Below, piece after piece: positions 46,038 through 54,547 of a DNA stretch of 64,000 bases. Position 1 is the first letter of the stretch. Each line of letters starts with the position of its first letter. This stretch comes from Patescibacteria group bacterium (GTDB lineage Bacteria > Patescibacteriota > Minisyncoccia > Phycocordibacterales > UBA12445), in the NCBI GenBank assembly GCA_003504275.1, contig DOAO01000006.1, positions 66,588 to 130,587 on the forward strand. Direction: 5' to 3'. The position numbers were made by a program, and so were the translations under genes. Below the pieces are notes generated by a model. That model was not told the origin of the DNA, made no database searches, and saw only the letters and a program-made list of their open reading frames with translations.

Positions 46038-48890
46038 TTATCTCTCTGGTGGAACCTCGTTTCCGCTTGTAATATAGAAAGCGTCCAAAATGGCCGCTCC
46101 GGCTGTTGTTGCTTCCTTTTCGACTTTTAATGTATTTGCGCCACCACTGATCTTTATCGGACCAGCTATCTTGTGCCAACCGAATATTCCTTTGGCAGGA
46201 TCTATTTTTCTACTTGAAGCTGATAACTCCGCGAGGGAAATTTCCGGCGCTGTAACTATTTTGTTTCCATTAATATAGTACGTAGCTCTTCTGATTCCCT
46301 TTGCTTGGAAATTGTCTACATAGTCCCTAACCCAGATGTAATAGTGTGTAGAAATTGGTAATTCGAACCTATAAGAAAGGCTTTCTTTGCCACGCGATAG
46401 ATACCATACTCCGCTACCGTAATATGGTGGCCTCCAGCTTGGGTTCGTTTCCTCTCTAGAGTGCCAATCAGCTGTCTTCGGGAGGAGGCTCTTTGCGATC
46501 TCATCTTCGGCTTCTATCTTTACACCCTTAGGGGAGAAGAGAGATGCTTTTGTCTGTAGTTCTTCCATTTCTCGAACAAGCTTCTTTATTGCCTCGCCTT
46601 CTTCTTTGAGGCCACTCGTTTCGATAGCTTTCAGGAATGCGCCACTTGGTTTCTCTGATTTTGCGGAGTCACAAGTGTTTTTGATGTTTCCGAATTTGTT
46701 AATTATATTTTCCGATTTTGTTTTTATCTCGTCGAATTTTGTCTGAAGTTTTTGTATCGCTACACACTTTTCATCATTCTTTCCGTTGCAGGCGTTTTGG
46801 GTATCGGAGATCTTTTTGATACCAACACTTATATCAGCCTTAGCGCTTTCTGTCTGTGGAAGAACGGCTTTACAGATGGCGCGCTCACTTATTGTTGTCG
46901 CTTGTTCCTCCTGCAATTCTTTCGCCATAAGCTTCAATTTTTCCCCATCTTCTTTCAGTGTGTTAAATGAGGTACCTATCTTCTCAAAATCTTCTTCTCT
47001 TGGATTACTACAAAAAGCCGATACATCTTTCGCCCTTGTTGAAAAGGCGCTCATTTCGCGATTCAGTGCTTCATACTTGGTGCGTGTCTTATTTATGAGA
47101 TCGCAGTCCTCGGATGTATTACCAACACACTTTGCAAGATTATTTTTTAAAACAGAAAGATCGTTCTTGGTAACTTCAGTCTCGTATGCATTAAGCTGGG
47201 GGAGTACTTTACCACAAATAGCCTCTGCGCTGTCTGCTATGGCTTTGGATTTCTCAACTTCAAGCGCTTCCCCAAATACTTTCAGATCCTCACCATCACT
47301 TTGGATCTTTCTCATCAGAGAGATGAGTGTCTGGATATCGGCTTTTTCTTCATCCTTGCACATATTCTCGGCCATATTCATACCCGCGAGAAGTTCACTC
47401 ATTTTAGAACTAAGCGTCTCAAATCTGCCCGAGAATTGGTTCACTTTCAAACAGTCGTCGGAGGCGCTTCCCGCGCACTTCGCCTGAATATCATCTACTT
47501 TTTTAATATTCGTTTGCATTTGAGCTCTTGCTCCTTGGAACTTAGCGAGAGCTGTGGTGCAGACCTTGGAGACCGACTGTTGCATTGCTTTTTCTCCTTC
47601 CGCTCTCATTGTTTCCCACTTCATTTTGAATTCGTTGATCGCGTTCTGGAAGGCATTCTCATCTCCGGCCTCAAGCGCAACGTCCAGCCTGTCTGCAAGT
47701 ACTTTTTTGTCCTGATTCAATTCCGCTTTTATGCTCGCAACATTTTTAATCGTTGGATCATCTTTTCTGGCGGCCTCAATGTCTTTTTCCGAGGCATCGA
47801 GTTTCTTTAGTCCATCTTCAAGATTCTTGTCTAGTACTTTCATCACCATCTCTCTTCTTAGATTGAATGCTTCTTCTTTGTATTTGTCATATGCACCAAG
47901 ACCCGCATTTATGTCCGCTTGTATTTTGCCGTCTATTCCTTCGAAAAGTTTACCGAGCTCAATGAATTTACCTGCTTCACCTTGCTTCACTTCTTCAATT
48001 TTCGCTTGTACTTTCTGGGTAATCTCTTGTTTTTTGGCTTCAATGATAGGTTTTAGTCTTTCTTCTATCTGTGCCCTCATCGCAGCTATGTCGGCATCTG
48101 TGGGTTGTTTTGTAAATTTGAACGTGCCGGCAATTCTTCTTGCTTCGGCGTCGATTTCTGGTTCCATCTTCTTGCTTTCTTCGTCTATTGTTGGCTGAAT
48201 ACTGTCCTCAATCTTCTTTCTAAGTTCATCTCCTTTTTCTTTCATCTTCTTTTCAAATTCCGACATGAAAGTGCCGATGTATTTTGAGTCTATCTCTTCT
48301 CCCCATATTGAAAATTCTTCCGTTACTTTTTCAGCATCAGCAACAGTTTTGGCGTTACAAATATCATCAATTTTTCTTTGGCCTTCCGCCTGGATATCGT
48401 CAAAACTTGGGATGTTTGTGGTTATGCCAAGGATACTCTTAGCTTGTTCCATTTTTGGTGCCAAATTATTCTTGAGAGAATTCATTGCGCTGAAAAACAT
48501 TCCTGTTTTCCATTTTGCCATCGCACAGTATATTGGCACGATTTCCGCATCAGTTAAATATTTTCTGGCCTCTTCTGGAACCTTACCAGGTTTTTCTATT
48601 TGGGGTTTTTGTGGTTTGTGTTCCTGATATGCTTCCGGTGGAGCGCCAAATTCACTTTCAAATTGAGCTCTAGCTGCAGCGGCTTCTGATTGGGCTCTTG
48701 CTGATGCTTCACTTTTTGCTTGACCCTCTACTTGTGCTTTGTCGGCGTCAGATGGACCTTGTTGTTCAGGAGATACTCCTGTCGGACCGCCGTTTGGAGA
48801 TAGGTCGGCTAATGCTTTGTTGCCTGAAAGCAAAAAGCTAAAAAGAGCTAAAATTGCAATTGATAAAATATATATATTTTTTCTCTTCAT
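46038..48890 (-). CDS. Large secreted alpha-helical coiled-coil protein. It has three ~90-aa modules, each with a Cys-x7/8-Cys pair.
   Basis: Signal peptide. K/E/A-rich sequence. Repeated CAGSASDDC, CVGNTSEDC and CNGKNDEKC contexts (xKCxGxxxDxCxxxxK...). C-terminal ~200 aa are non-helical. Confidence 0.65.
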   Translation of the reverse strand: MKRKNIYILSIAILALFSFLLSGNKALADLSPNGGPTGVSPEQQGPSDADKAQVEGQAKSEASARAQSEAAAARAQFESEFGAPPEAYQEHKPQKPQIEKPGKVPEEARKYLTDAEIVPIYCAMAKWKTGMFFSAMNSLKNNLAPKMEQAKSILGITTNIPSFDDIQAEGQRKIDDICNAKTVADAEKVTEEFSIWGEEIDSKYIGTFMSEFEKKMKEKGDELRKKIEDSIQPTIDEESKKMEPEIDAEARRIAGTFKFTKQPTDADIAAMRAQIEERLKPIIEAKKQEITQKVQAKIEEVKQGEAGKFIELGKLFEGIDGKIQADINAGLGAYDKYKEEAFNLRREMVMKVLDKNLEDGLKKLDASEKDIEAARKDDPTIKNVASIKAELNQDKKVLADRLDVALEAGDENAFQNAINEFKMKWETMRAEGEKAMQQSVSKVCTTALAKFQGARAQMQTNIKKVDDIQAKCAGSASDDCLKVNQFSGRFETLSSKMSELLAGMNMAENMCKDEEKADIQTLISLMRKIQSDGEDLKVFGEALEVEKSKAIADSAEAICGKVLPQLNAYETEVTKNDLSVLKNNLAKCVGNTSEDCDLINKTRTKYEALNREMSAFSTRAKDVSAFCSNPREEDFEKIGTSFNTLKEDGEKLKLMAKELQEEQATTISERAICKAVLPQTESAKADISVGIKKISDTQNACNGKNDEKCVAIQKLQTKFDEIKTKSENIINKFGNIKNTCDSAKSEKPSGAFLKAIETSGLKEEGEAIKKLVREMEELQTKASLFSPKGVKIEAEDEIAKSLLPKTADWHSREETNPSWRPPYYGSGVWYLSRGKESLSYRFELPISTHYYIWVRDYVDNFQAKGIRRATYYINGNKIVTAPEISLAELSASSRKIDPAKGIFGWHKIAGPIKISGGANTLKVEKEATTAGAAILDAFYITSGNEVPPER

Positions 48891-49025
48891 TTCTTTTTTA
48901 TGACTAATATTAACTTTTAATTTATTCGTTAATTATAACCTTACAAAAACGACAAAGCAACGTTATTTTATAAAATAAAAATCCCAAAGGTTTGTCCTTT
49001 GGGATCTGATTTTTTATTTGCGATA

Positions 49026-49610
49026 TTAGGAATTTATTTTCTCGGGTTTTGGTTTGTGATCTATCCAGATTCCATTTCTCCAGAGATAGAGATAGGAACC
49101 TTGAACTCTTGGTCTCTCAAAGCGCCAATGGGTAATTTCTAGATTAGGGTTATCGTCTTCAAATTTCTTAAGAGCCAACAGTACGGATTTGGCGATTTCC
49201 TCTCCCAAACCATATCCTAGCTCTATCTCAACAAAAGAATGATTACCAATTGTGATTATTTTTTCTACTTCAATCTTACTATCGTCCTCGTCGTCACCAT
49301 CTGTCTCATTTTCTTCTGTTTCCTCACCGTCTTCTTCGTTTTCGGTTTCATTTTCTTCATCTTCATTGTTATCGTTGTCGCTTTCTTCTTCTGTCGTATT
49401 ATTGTCGCTATCGTTTTCTGTATTATTGGTATTTCCTTCCTCTTCTTTGTCGTTATTGAAAACATCGTCACGATTCTCTCCGAGTGGAACCGATTTTATG
49501 AGCCAGTCGGGTTCTTTGGGTTTCAAGGTGACTTTACTGCATTTAAACAAGATAAGGATTACCACCACTATTATCGCGAGAATGAGTAAAAAAAATGTTG
49601 AAAAATTCAT
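49026..49610 (-). CDS. Secreted or membrane-anchored protein with a highly acidic D/E/N-rich low-complexity region.
   Basis: N-terminal transmembrane helix. EEESDNDNNEDEENETENEEDGEE tract. Confidence 0.5.
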   Translation of the reverse strand: MNFSTFFLLILAIIVVVILILFKCSKVTLKPKEPDWLIKSVPLGENRDDVFNNDKEEEGNTNNTENDSDNNTTEEESDNDNNEDEENETENEEDGEETEENETDGDDEDDSKIEVEKIITIGNHSFVEIELGYGLGEEIAKSVLLALKKFEDDNPNLEITHWRFERPRVQGSYLYLWRNGIWIDHKPKPEKINS

Positions 49611-49754
49611 TTATACCGCCTCCTTTTAAAGTTCTGATTTTCTGAGGTTATAATACAGATTTGTTTGATTGTTGTCAAACAAAAACGGGAGTGCTTATAT
49701 AAAAAAATGACCCCATAAAAATGAGGTCAATTTAACCATGTAGCTATTTACTAT

Positions 49755-50993
49755 TTAGTTGCTTTGGGGGTGGTCCATCAAGATAATCTTTGCTATTTTT
49801 TTAATCATTTTTCCATTCTCGGGACTCTCGTATTCAACGGTCACCATATCCCCAGCTTTTTTGTTGGAGTAAAGTAAAACCATTCTTATGTCGGCCCCAC
49901 TTTTGACGGTCTTGTTGTCGATTTTAAGTATTAAGTCGCCCTTTTTAAGTTTAGTGGTATGACCGAGAAGTGAGACTGTCTGAAAAACATTAAATTGGTT
50001 ATACTCATAAACGACAATAGCTCCTCTTTCGAAGCTCCCTTTTGCCAGTGCTATTAAATTTTTAATTTCTGTAATTTTTGTAATTTCCCTTAGTATTTCA
50101 ATATCTTCTTTGTTTACAATTATTTCTTTACCGAGTCTCGTGCTGCTACGCGGAAAGTCTTTAAGCATGGCTTCAACACCGAGACAAGGAACTTCTTTTT
50201 GTCCTTTCGCATTCTTGAGTGTCTTGAAAAGATTTATGGGAATTACGAAATTAAGATCATCGCTTGGTCCACCTTTTAACATGGCAATAACCTCACCCTT
50301 GTAATTAAAAATAGGTGAACCACTATTGCCGGGATAAAGTGGAGCCATTGTTTGTATGAAGTCTTCTAAATAACCAAAACCGATAACCCTGTGTGTTTGA
50401 CTGACTATTCCAGTCGAAAGCGTTTGTGAAAATTCGCCATAGGAATTTCCGATAGCCCATATCAAGTCGCCGGTTTTTACCAAATCAGAATTTCCAATTT
50501 TAACACCGCCATGATCTTCTTTTTTTATTCCAATACACCTTACGATTGCTGCATCAATATCATGACTGAAAGAGATAACCTCGCCTCTATACACCTTACC
50601 ATTTAAAATTATTTTGTTTGTGTATTTTTTTATCTTTATCGTTTCGGGAGGAATACCCATTAAAAAACTCATGATATCATTAGTCACGATTTCGTCGTTT
50701 TCAACTCTGACCATGTGGGCGTTCGTGTAGAGGATATTTTCTTCACCTTCAATAAAATATCCTGTTCCACGAAATCTTTGGGTTACTGCGCTGGAGACGC
50801 CATTATCATCGGTCTCCTTTTTGTCTAATTCAATGACCGTTTCAATGTCGCATATAGCGGACACATTTTCTTTAAATATCTTATTCCCAATATTTTGTAA
50901 TTCGGGAGTTGCTAAACATGGGGTTACTCCCATAGAGAAAGATACTGCCAAAATGATGGACAAACAAAGTAAAAATCTTTTACCCATAACCAC
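49755..50993 (-). CDS. htrA: HtrA/DegP-like trypsin-fold serine protease with a C-terminal PDZ domain.
   Basis: GNSGSPIF (catalytic Ser), catalytic His (TNAHMV) and Asp regions. PDZ-like C-terminus. Signal peptide. Confidence 0.7.
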   Translation of the reverse strand: MVMGKRFLLCLSIILAVSFSMGVTPCLATPELQNIGNKIFKENVSAICDIETVIELDKKETDDNGVSSAVTQRFRGTGYFIEGEENILYTNAHMVRVENDEIVTNDIMSFLMGIPPETIKIKKYTNKIILNGKVYRGEVISFSHDIDAAIVRCIGIKKEDHGGVKIGNSDLVKTGDLIWAIGNSYGEFSQTLSTGIVSQTHRVIGFGYLEDFIQTMAPLYPGNSGSPIFNYKGEVIAMLKGGPSDDLNFVIPINLFKTLKNAKGQKEVPCLGVEAMLKDFPRSSTRLGKEIIVNKEDIEILREITKITEIKNLIALAKGSFERGAIVVYEYNQFNVFQTVSLLGHTTKLKKGDLILKIDNKTVKSGADIRMVLLYSNKKAGDMVTVEYESPENGKMIKKIAKIILMDHPQSN

Positions 50994-51225
50994 ACCTCCT
51001 CAGTGAGTCTTGTTGTATGTTTTTGTTTTTGATGTTTGTTAAAGGTGCTCTTCTATAAGAATTTACATATTTTTTAATGATGTCCAAAACCCCCTCCTTT
51101 TTAATTATTTTGTTTTCAATGTTCCTTATGTTTTTAGACTATCATGTGTTAAAAATTTATGCTAGGAGGTAAAGTTTGGAGGGGAATTGGTCATGAGTAA
51201 ATTTGCTGACGCAAATTTTTGATAC

Positions 51226-51770
51226 GGGAAGAGAATCGATCACAACTCTTTTGCTTCGCAAAAGGTCGCAGCCCCGCCTCAGCTCCCATTCTTGCAGATA
51301 GCCGCGGGAGGAATCGGTCACAAACAAATCAGTTTGTGCCACGGAGAAGAATCGGTCACAGATATTTTGCTTCGCAAAATTCCGCGACCCTGCCTACCGG
51401 CAGGCAGGCCCGCCTCAGCTCCCGTTCTTGCAGAACGGGTCCCGCTTCCGGCTTTCGATTCTGATTTTTGCACTACAAAAATCATGTCGTAAGATTTAGC
51501 GCAACGAAGTTGTACTAAATTTACGACGCGTCCCGCTGGGCCGTGGGTATGTCGCGGGAGGTAATCGGTCACGAGTAGACTTGCTCCGCAAATCTCTCTC
51601 GGCCCCAGCTCAGCTCCCATTCAGCCGCGGGAGGAACCGGTCACAAGTTCCGCCTTTGGCGGACTCGCGACCCCAGCCTCGCATTCTGCTACGCAGAATA
51701 TGCTCCGGCTTTTCGATTCTCTCACGCAAGGTGTGCAGACACCTTGCTCCGCGGCACAAATTAAAAAACC
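51226..51770 (-). repeat. Array of four or more degenerate GC-rich family A repeat units adjacent to tRNA-Leu. The units end in tRNA-3'-end-like segments (GCCGCGGGAGGAATCGGTCAC versus the tRNA end GCCGCGGGAGAGAATCGAACTC).
   Basis: CGCAGCCCCGCCTCAGCTCCCATTCTTGCAGA is the reverse complement of the unit at 33620-33660. GGCTTTCGAT and AATCGGTCAC recur. The five overlapping ORFs predicted here in all frames are regarded as spurious. Confidence 0.65.
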
Positions 51771-51796
51771 CAGCAGAAGCTGGATTTTTTAATTTG

Positions 51797-51880
51797 TGCC
51801 GCGGGAGAGAATCGAACTCTCATGACCTTGCGATCGATAGATTTTGAGTCTATTGCGTCTACCAATTCCGCCACCGCGGC
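51797..51880 (-). tRNA. tRNA-Leu (anticodon CAA), class II with a 15-nt variable arm.
   Basis: Cloverleaf inferred by hand. GCCGCGG acceptor, GCGGAATTGGTAGACGC D-arm, anticodon loop CUCAAAA, T-arm GAGAGTTCGATTCTCTC. A bidirectional terminator hairpin CCAGCAGAAGCTGG lies downstream. Confidence 0.8.
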
Positions 51881-51884
51881 ATTT

Positions 51885-52121
51885 TTATGTTAAAGATTTT
51901 AAAAATTCCTTACCACATCCCGTCTTTAAATACTTCTCATGATTTCTTGCCTCTTGCCTTGTTATAAACTCTTTTGTGAATATTACCCTAAATGGTCGAT
52001 AACTTCTAGTGGTTTTTTCTTTGCCTGTGTTGTGCTGATCGAAACGCCTTTTTAAATTATTAGTAAGACCAACATAAATATAATTTTTACTTTCACTTTT
52101 AAGTGCATATATAAAAAACAT
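51885..52121 (-). CDS. Small GIY-YIG nuclease-family protein (UPF0213/YhbQ-like).
   Basis: YIYVGLTNNLKRRFDQHN matches the GIY-x10-YIG...R...H pattern. 78 aa. Confidence 0.75.
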   Translation of the reverse strand: MFFIYALKSESKNYIYVGLTNNLKRRFDQHNTGKEKTTRSYRPFRVIFTKEFITRQEARNHEKYLKTGCGKEFLKSLT

Positions 52122-52127
52122 AATTAT

Positions 52128-52183
52128 GAGTCTATTGCGCCTGTCTGCCGGTAGGCAGGTCTACCAATTCCGCCACCGCGGCA
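52128..52183 (-). pseudogene. Partial 5' duplicate of tRNA-Leu (positions 1 to ~35) carrying a 20-nt palindromic insert in the D-arm.
   Basis: TGCCGCGGTGGCGGAATTGGTAGAC[CTGCCTACCGGCAGACAGG]CGCAATAGACTC. The insert matches CCTGCCTACCGGCAGGCAGG at 51389-51411. Confidence 0.6.
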
Positions 52184-52243
52184 TTATTCAGTTGTTTAGA
52201 CAATATACAAGAAAGGGGTAATTTTTGCAAAAATAGAATACTT

Positions 52244-54346
52244 TTAAACTATTTTTAAATTTGGATACTTTTTTCTGAGTTCTTTTCCTTCGTTATAAGG
52301 GATTTGGTCGAGAAAAATATATCCACCCGCTGTTTCAGGTAGTTTCAACCCCTCAGAGGACTGGAGACTGCTAAGATTAAGATTACCACCCACTGTTTTA
52401 GGTAGCTTCAATCCTTCTGCTGATAGGAGATTGCTGAGATAAAGATTACCACCCACTGCTTCAGGTAGCTTTAACCCTTCGGCGGATTGGAGGCTACTGA
52501 GGTAAATATCACCATTTATTGTTTCTGTTAGTTTCAACCCTTCAGCGGATTCTAGACTACTGAGATTAAGATTACCGCCCACTGTTTCCGGTAGTTCCAA
52601 TCCTTCAGCGGATTCTAGACTACGGAGATCAAGAGATCCACCCACTGCTTCAGGTAACTTCAATCCTTCGGCGGATTGAAGATCGTTTAGATTAAGATTA
52701 CCACCCACTGTTTCCGGTAGTTCCAATCCTTCAGCGGATTCTAGACTACGGAGATCAAGAGATCCACCCACTGCTTCAGGTAACTTCAATCCTTCTGCTG
52801 ATAGGAGATTGCTGAGATAAAGATTACCACCCACTGCTTCAGGTAGCCTCAATCCTTCGGCAGATTTTAGACTACTGAGATCAAGGCTAGTACCCACTGC
52901 TTCAGGTAGCTTCAATCCTTCGGCAGATTTTAGACTACTGAGATCAAGGTGTTCGCCTATTTTTTCTGGAAGTTCCAATCCTTCTGCAAAACGGAGGCCA
53001 CGAAGAGACAACCCTCTACCGATTATTTTCGGTAATTTCAAATCTTTGGCAGATTCTAGCCCATCAAGACTAAGACTACCACTTATTCTTTCTATAAATT
53101 TCAATCTGTTAATCGACTCAATTTTATAAAGACGAAGACCGCCGTAATGAAACTTAATTCCTTCACACATAGCTTCCTTTTCTGTGCCTATACTAATTTC
53201 TTCTTCAAGATAACCGGTTATCGAAGAGAGGTCTGCTTTAATTTTCCTACCTTTCGTTATCTCCTCAGTCCTTGGATCTTCTCCATATCCAAACCCTTCA
53301 ATCCTTGAATCTAGCTGATACAAAAAGGTAAGATCGTCTTTCGTCAGTTCTTCTCCTTTTGCTTTTTTCTTGTCTATCTCGGTAAGCTTCTTCATATCTC
53401 TCTCTTTCTTTTCATACTTCGCGCCGTCGGGAAATTCCTTAAGCTTACTCTTTACAACCTCACCAATATATGGATCGAGATTTTGTTCTTTAGCGATACC
53501 TCTCACTTCTCCAATTTTTGAATCACTCATACGAATAGCAACCCTGGGGATAGTGGGCTTACCTTGTTTATCGTTGGAGTAATAGACATAGAAGTCTCCG
53601 CCTTCAAGTTGAATTTTGGCTGTTGATTCTCCTGCAGTACACCATCCGGTACCATGACCTTGGAGTGATTCTACGAGTGGCATGTGATCAGATTTCTGAG
53701 GATATTTAATCCACCTTCCTTCAGTGTTCAGTAATTCATTCTCTTCTGTCGGTGTTACTTTTTCGATAGCATAGGCGTAGAGTTTACCGAAGTTTGAACC
53801 TTCAAGAAGTTTCTTAAATTCAGGATTATTTTCTATGTCCGGTATTTCTTCATTACCGGCTTTTTTGACAATGGCATCTACTACATAGGCGAGTGCTTCG
53901 CGATTGAGATCGGGAAATGGAGCGACAGTACCTTTATCTCTCTTACCAAAGGCATGTTTCTCTTTGTCGAAGGTAGATAGCTTGAGCATATTATTAAATG
54001 CCCAGTATTTAGCCCACATAGGATAACTATCTGAATCAGGAGAGGAGAGGTAATTGACCCAATTGTCTAATGTAGAGTTTTGGTCATTGATGATTACTTC
54101 GCTCAGCTGTTCTTTTGTCTCGTCGGTAATCTCAATATCGCCGTGTCCTTGTTCACGAGCTAATCTTTTTTGATTGTCATAATAGCTTTCAGGAATGTCT
54201 TCTGGTTTAATGACATATTCTTTGTGATAATGTTCCTTGATTCTTTCTAATACTCTAGGGTCATCTCTATGTCCTGTGTGAGTTCTTTTGATGACTTCTA
54301 GGAAGTCAGAGATCTTGTCTATCGGTTTTTTGTGAGATTTCTTCAC
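52244..54346 (-). CDS. Leucine-rich-repeat protein with about 12 tandem 23-aa LRR units (L.L..L.SAEGLKLPEAVGG.L) in the C-terminal half and a unique N-terminal domain.
   Basis: The repeats are read directly from the translation. No signal peptide is obvious. Confidence 0.7.
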   Translation of the reverse strand: MKKSHKKPIDKISDFLEVIKRTHTGHRDDPRVLERIKEHYHKEYVIKPEDIPESYYDNQKRLAREQGHGDIEITDETKEQLSEVIINDQNSTLDNWVNYLSSPDSDSYPMWAKYWAFNNMLKLSTFDKEKHAFGKRDKGTVAPFPDLNREALAYVVDAIVKKAGNEEIPDIENNPEFKKLLEGSNFGKLYAYAIEKVTPTEENELLNTEGRWIKYPQKSDHMPLVESLQGHGTGWCTAGESTAKIQLEGGDFYVYYSNDKQGKPTIPRVAIRMSDSKIGEVRGIAKEQNLDPYIGEVVKSKLKEFPDGAKYEKKERDMKKLTEIDKKKAKGEELTKDDLTFLYQLDSRIEGFGYGEDPRTEEITKGRKIKADLSSITGYLEEEISIGTEKEAMCEGIKFHYGGLRLYKIESINRLKFIERISGSLSLDGLESAKDLKLPKIIGRGLSLRGLRFAEGLELPEKIGEHLDLSSLKSAEGLKLPEAVGTSLDLSSLKSAEGLRLPEAVGGNLYLSNLLSAEGLKLPEAVGGSLDLRSLESAEGLELPETVGGNLNLNDLQSAEGLKLPEAVGGSLDLRSLESAEGLELPETVGGNLNLSSLESAEGLKLTETINGDIYLSSLQSAEGLKLPEAVGGNLYLSNLLSAEGLKLPKTVGGNLNLSSLQSSEGLKLPETAGGYIFLDQIPYNEGKELRKKYPNLKIV
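52300..53010 (-). repeat. Tandem 69-bp repeats that encode the LRR units. They are not CRISPR.
   Basis: Near-identical 69-nt periodic units lie within the CDS, for example GATTACCACCCACTG(T/C)TTC(A/C)GGTAG(C/T)T(T/C)CAATCCTTC(A/G/T)GC(G/T)GAT. There are no separate spacers. Confidence 0.8.
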
Positions 54347-54547
54347 CCGCTATTTTCTTCCTTTTCATTTCGTGCTCTACCTCTTGGGTTTTGTGAAGAT
54401 TTGAGTCTTTTTGATGTAAAAATTGTTCACCTGGATTTTTCATCAATTTATTATATATTTTTCAATGTTGAAAGCAAACTGATATTTTTTTGCAAAAAGC
54501 TAAGTTGATGATAAAATCAGAGCATCACTAGTTAATTTTCTCATCAT

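Noticed and set aside
46752-48627. Several 100-230-aa plus-strand ORFs antisense to the 950-aa surface protein gene.
   Set aside because: They are antisense read-throughs of a biased-composition (K/E/A-rich) gene. No ribosome-binding sites or motifs.
49239-49629. Plus-strand ORFs of 116 and 125 aa.
   Set aside because: They are antisense to the poly-acidic gene. Their translations are low-complexity mirror images (poly-Ser/Phe/Val).
51157-51847. Five overlapping ORFs (60-100 aa) predicted in several frames on both strands.
   Set aside because: They lie entirely within the GC-rich tandem repeat array next to tRNA-Leu. Mutually overlapping frames and the repeat content indicate non-coding DNA.
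52300-53010. Regular 69-bp tandem repeats that could be mistaken for a CRISPR array.
   Set aside because: The repeats are contiguous with no unique spacers, sit inside a long ORF, and encode LRR units.
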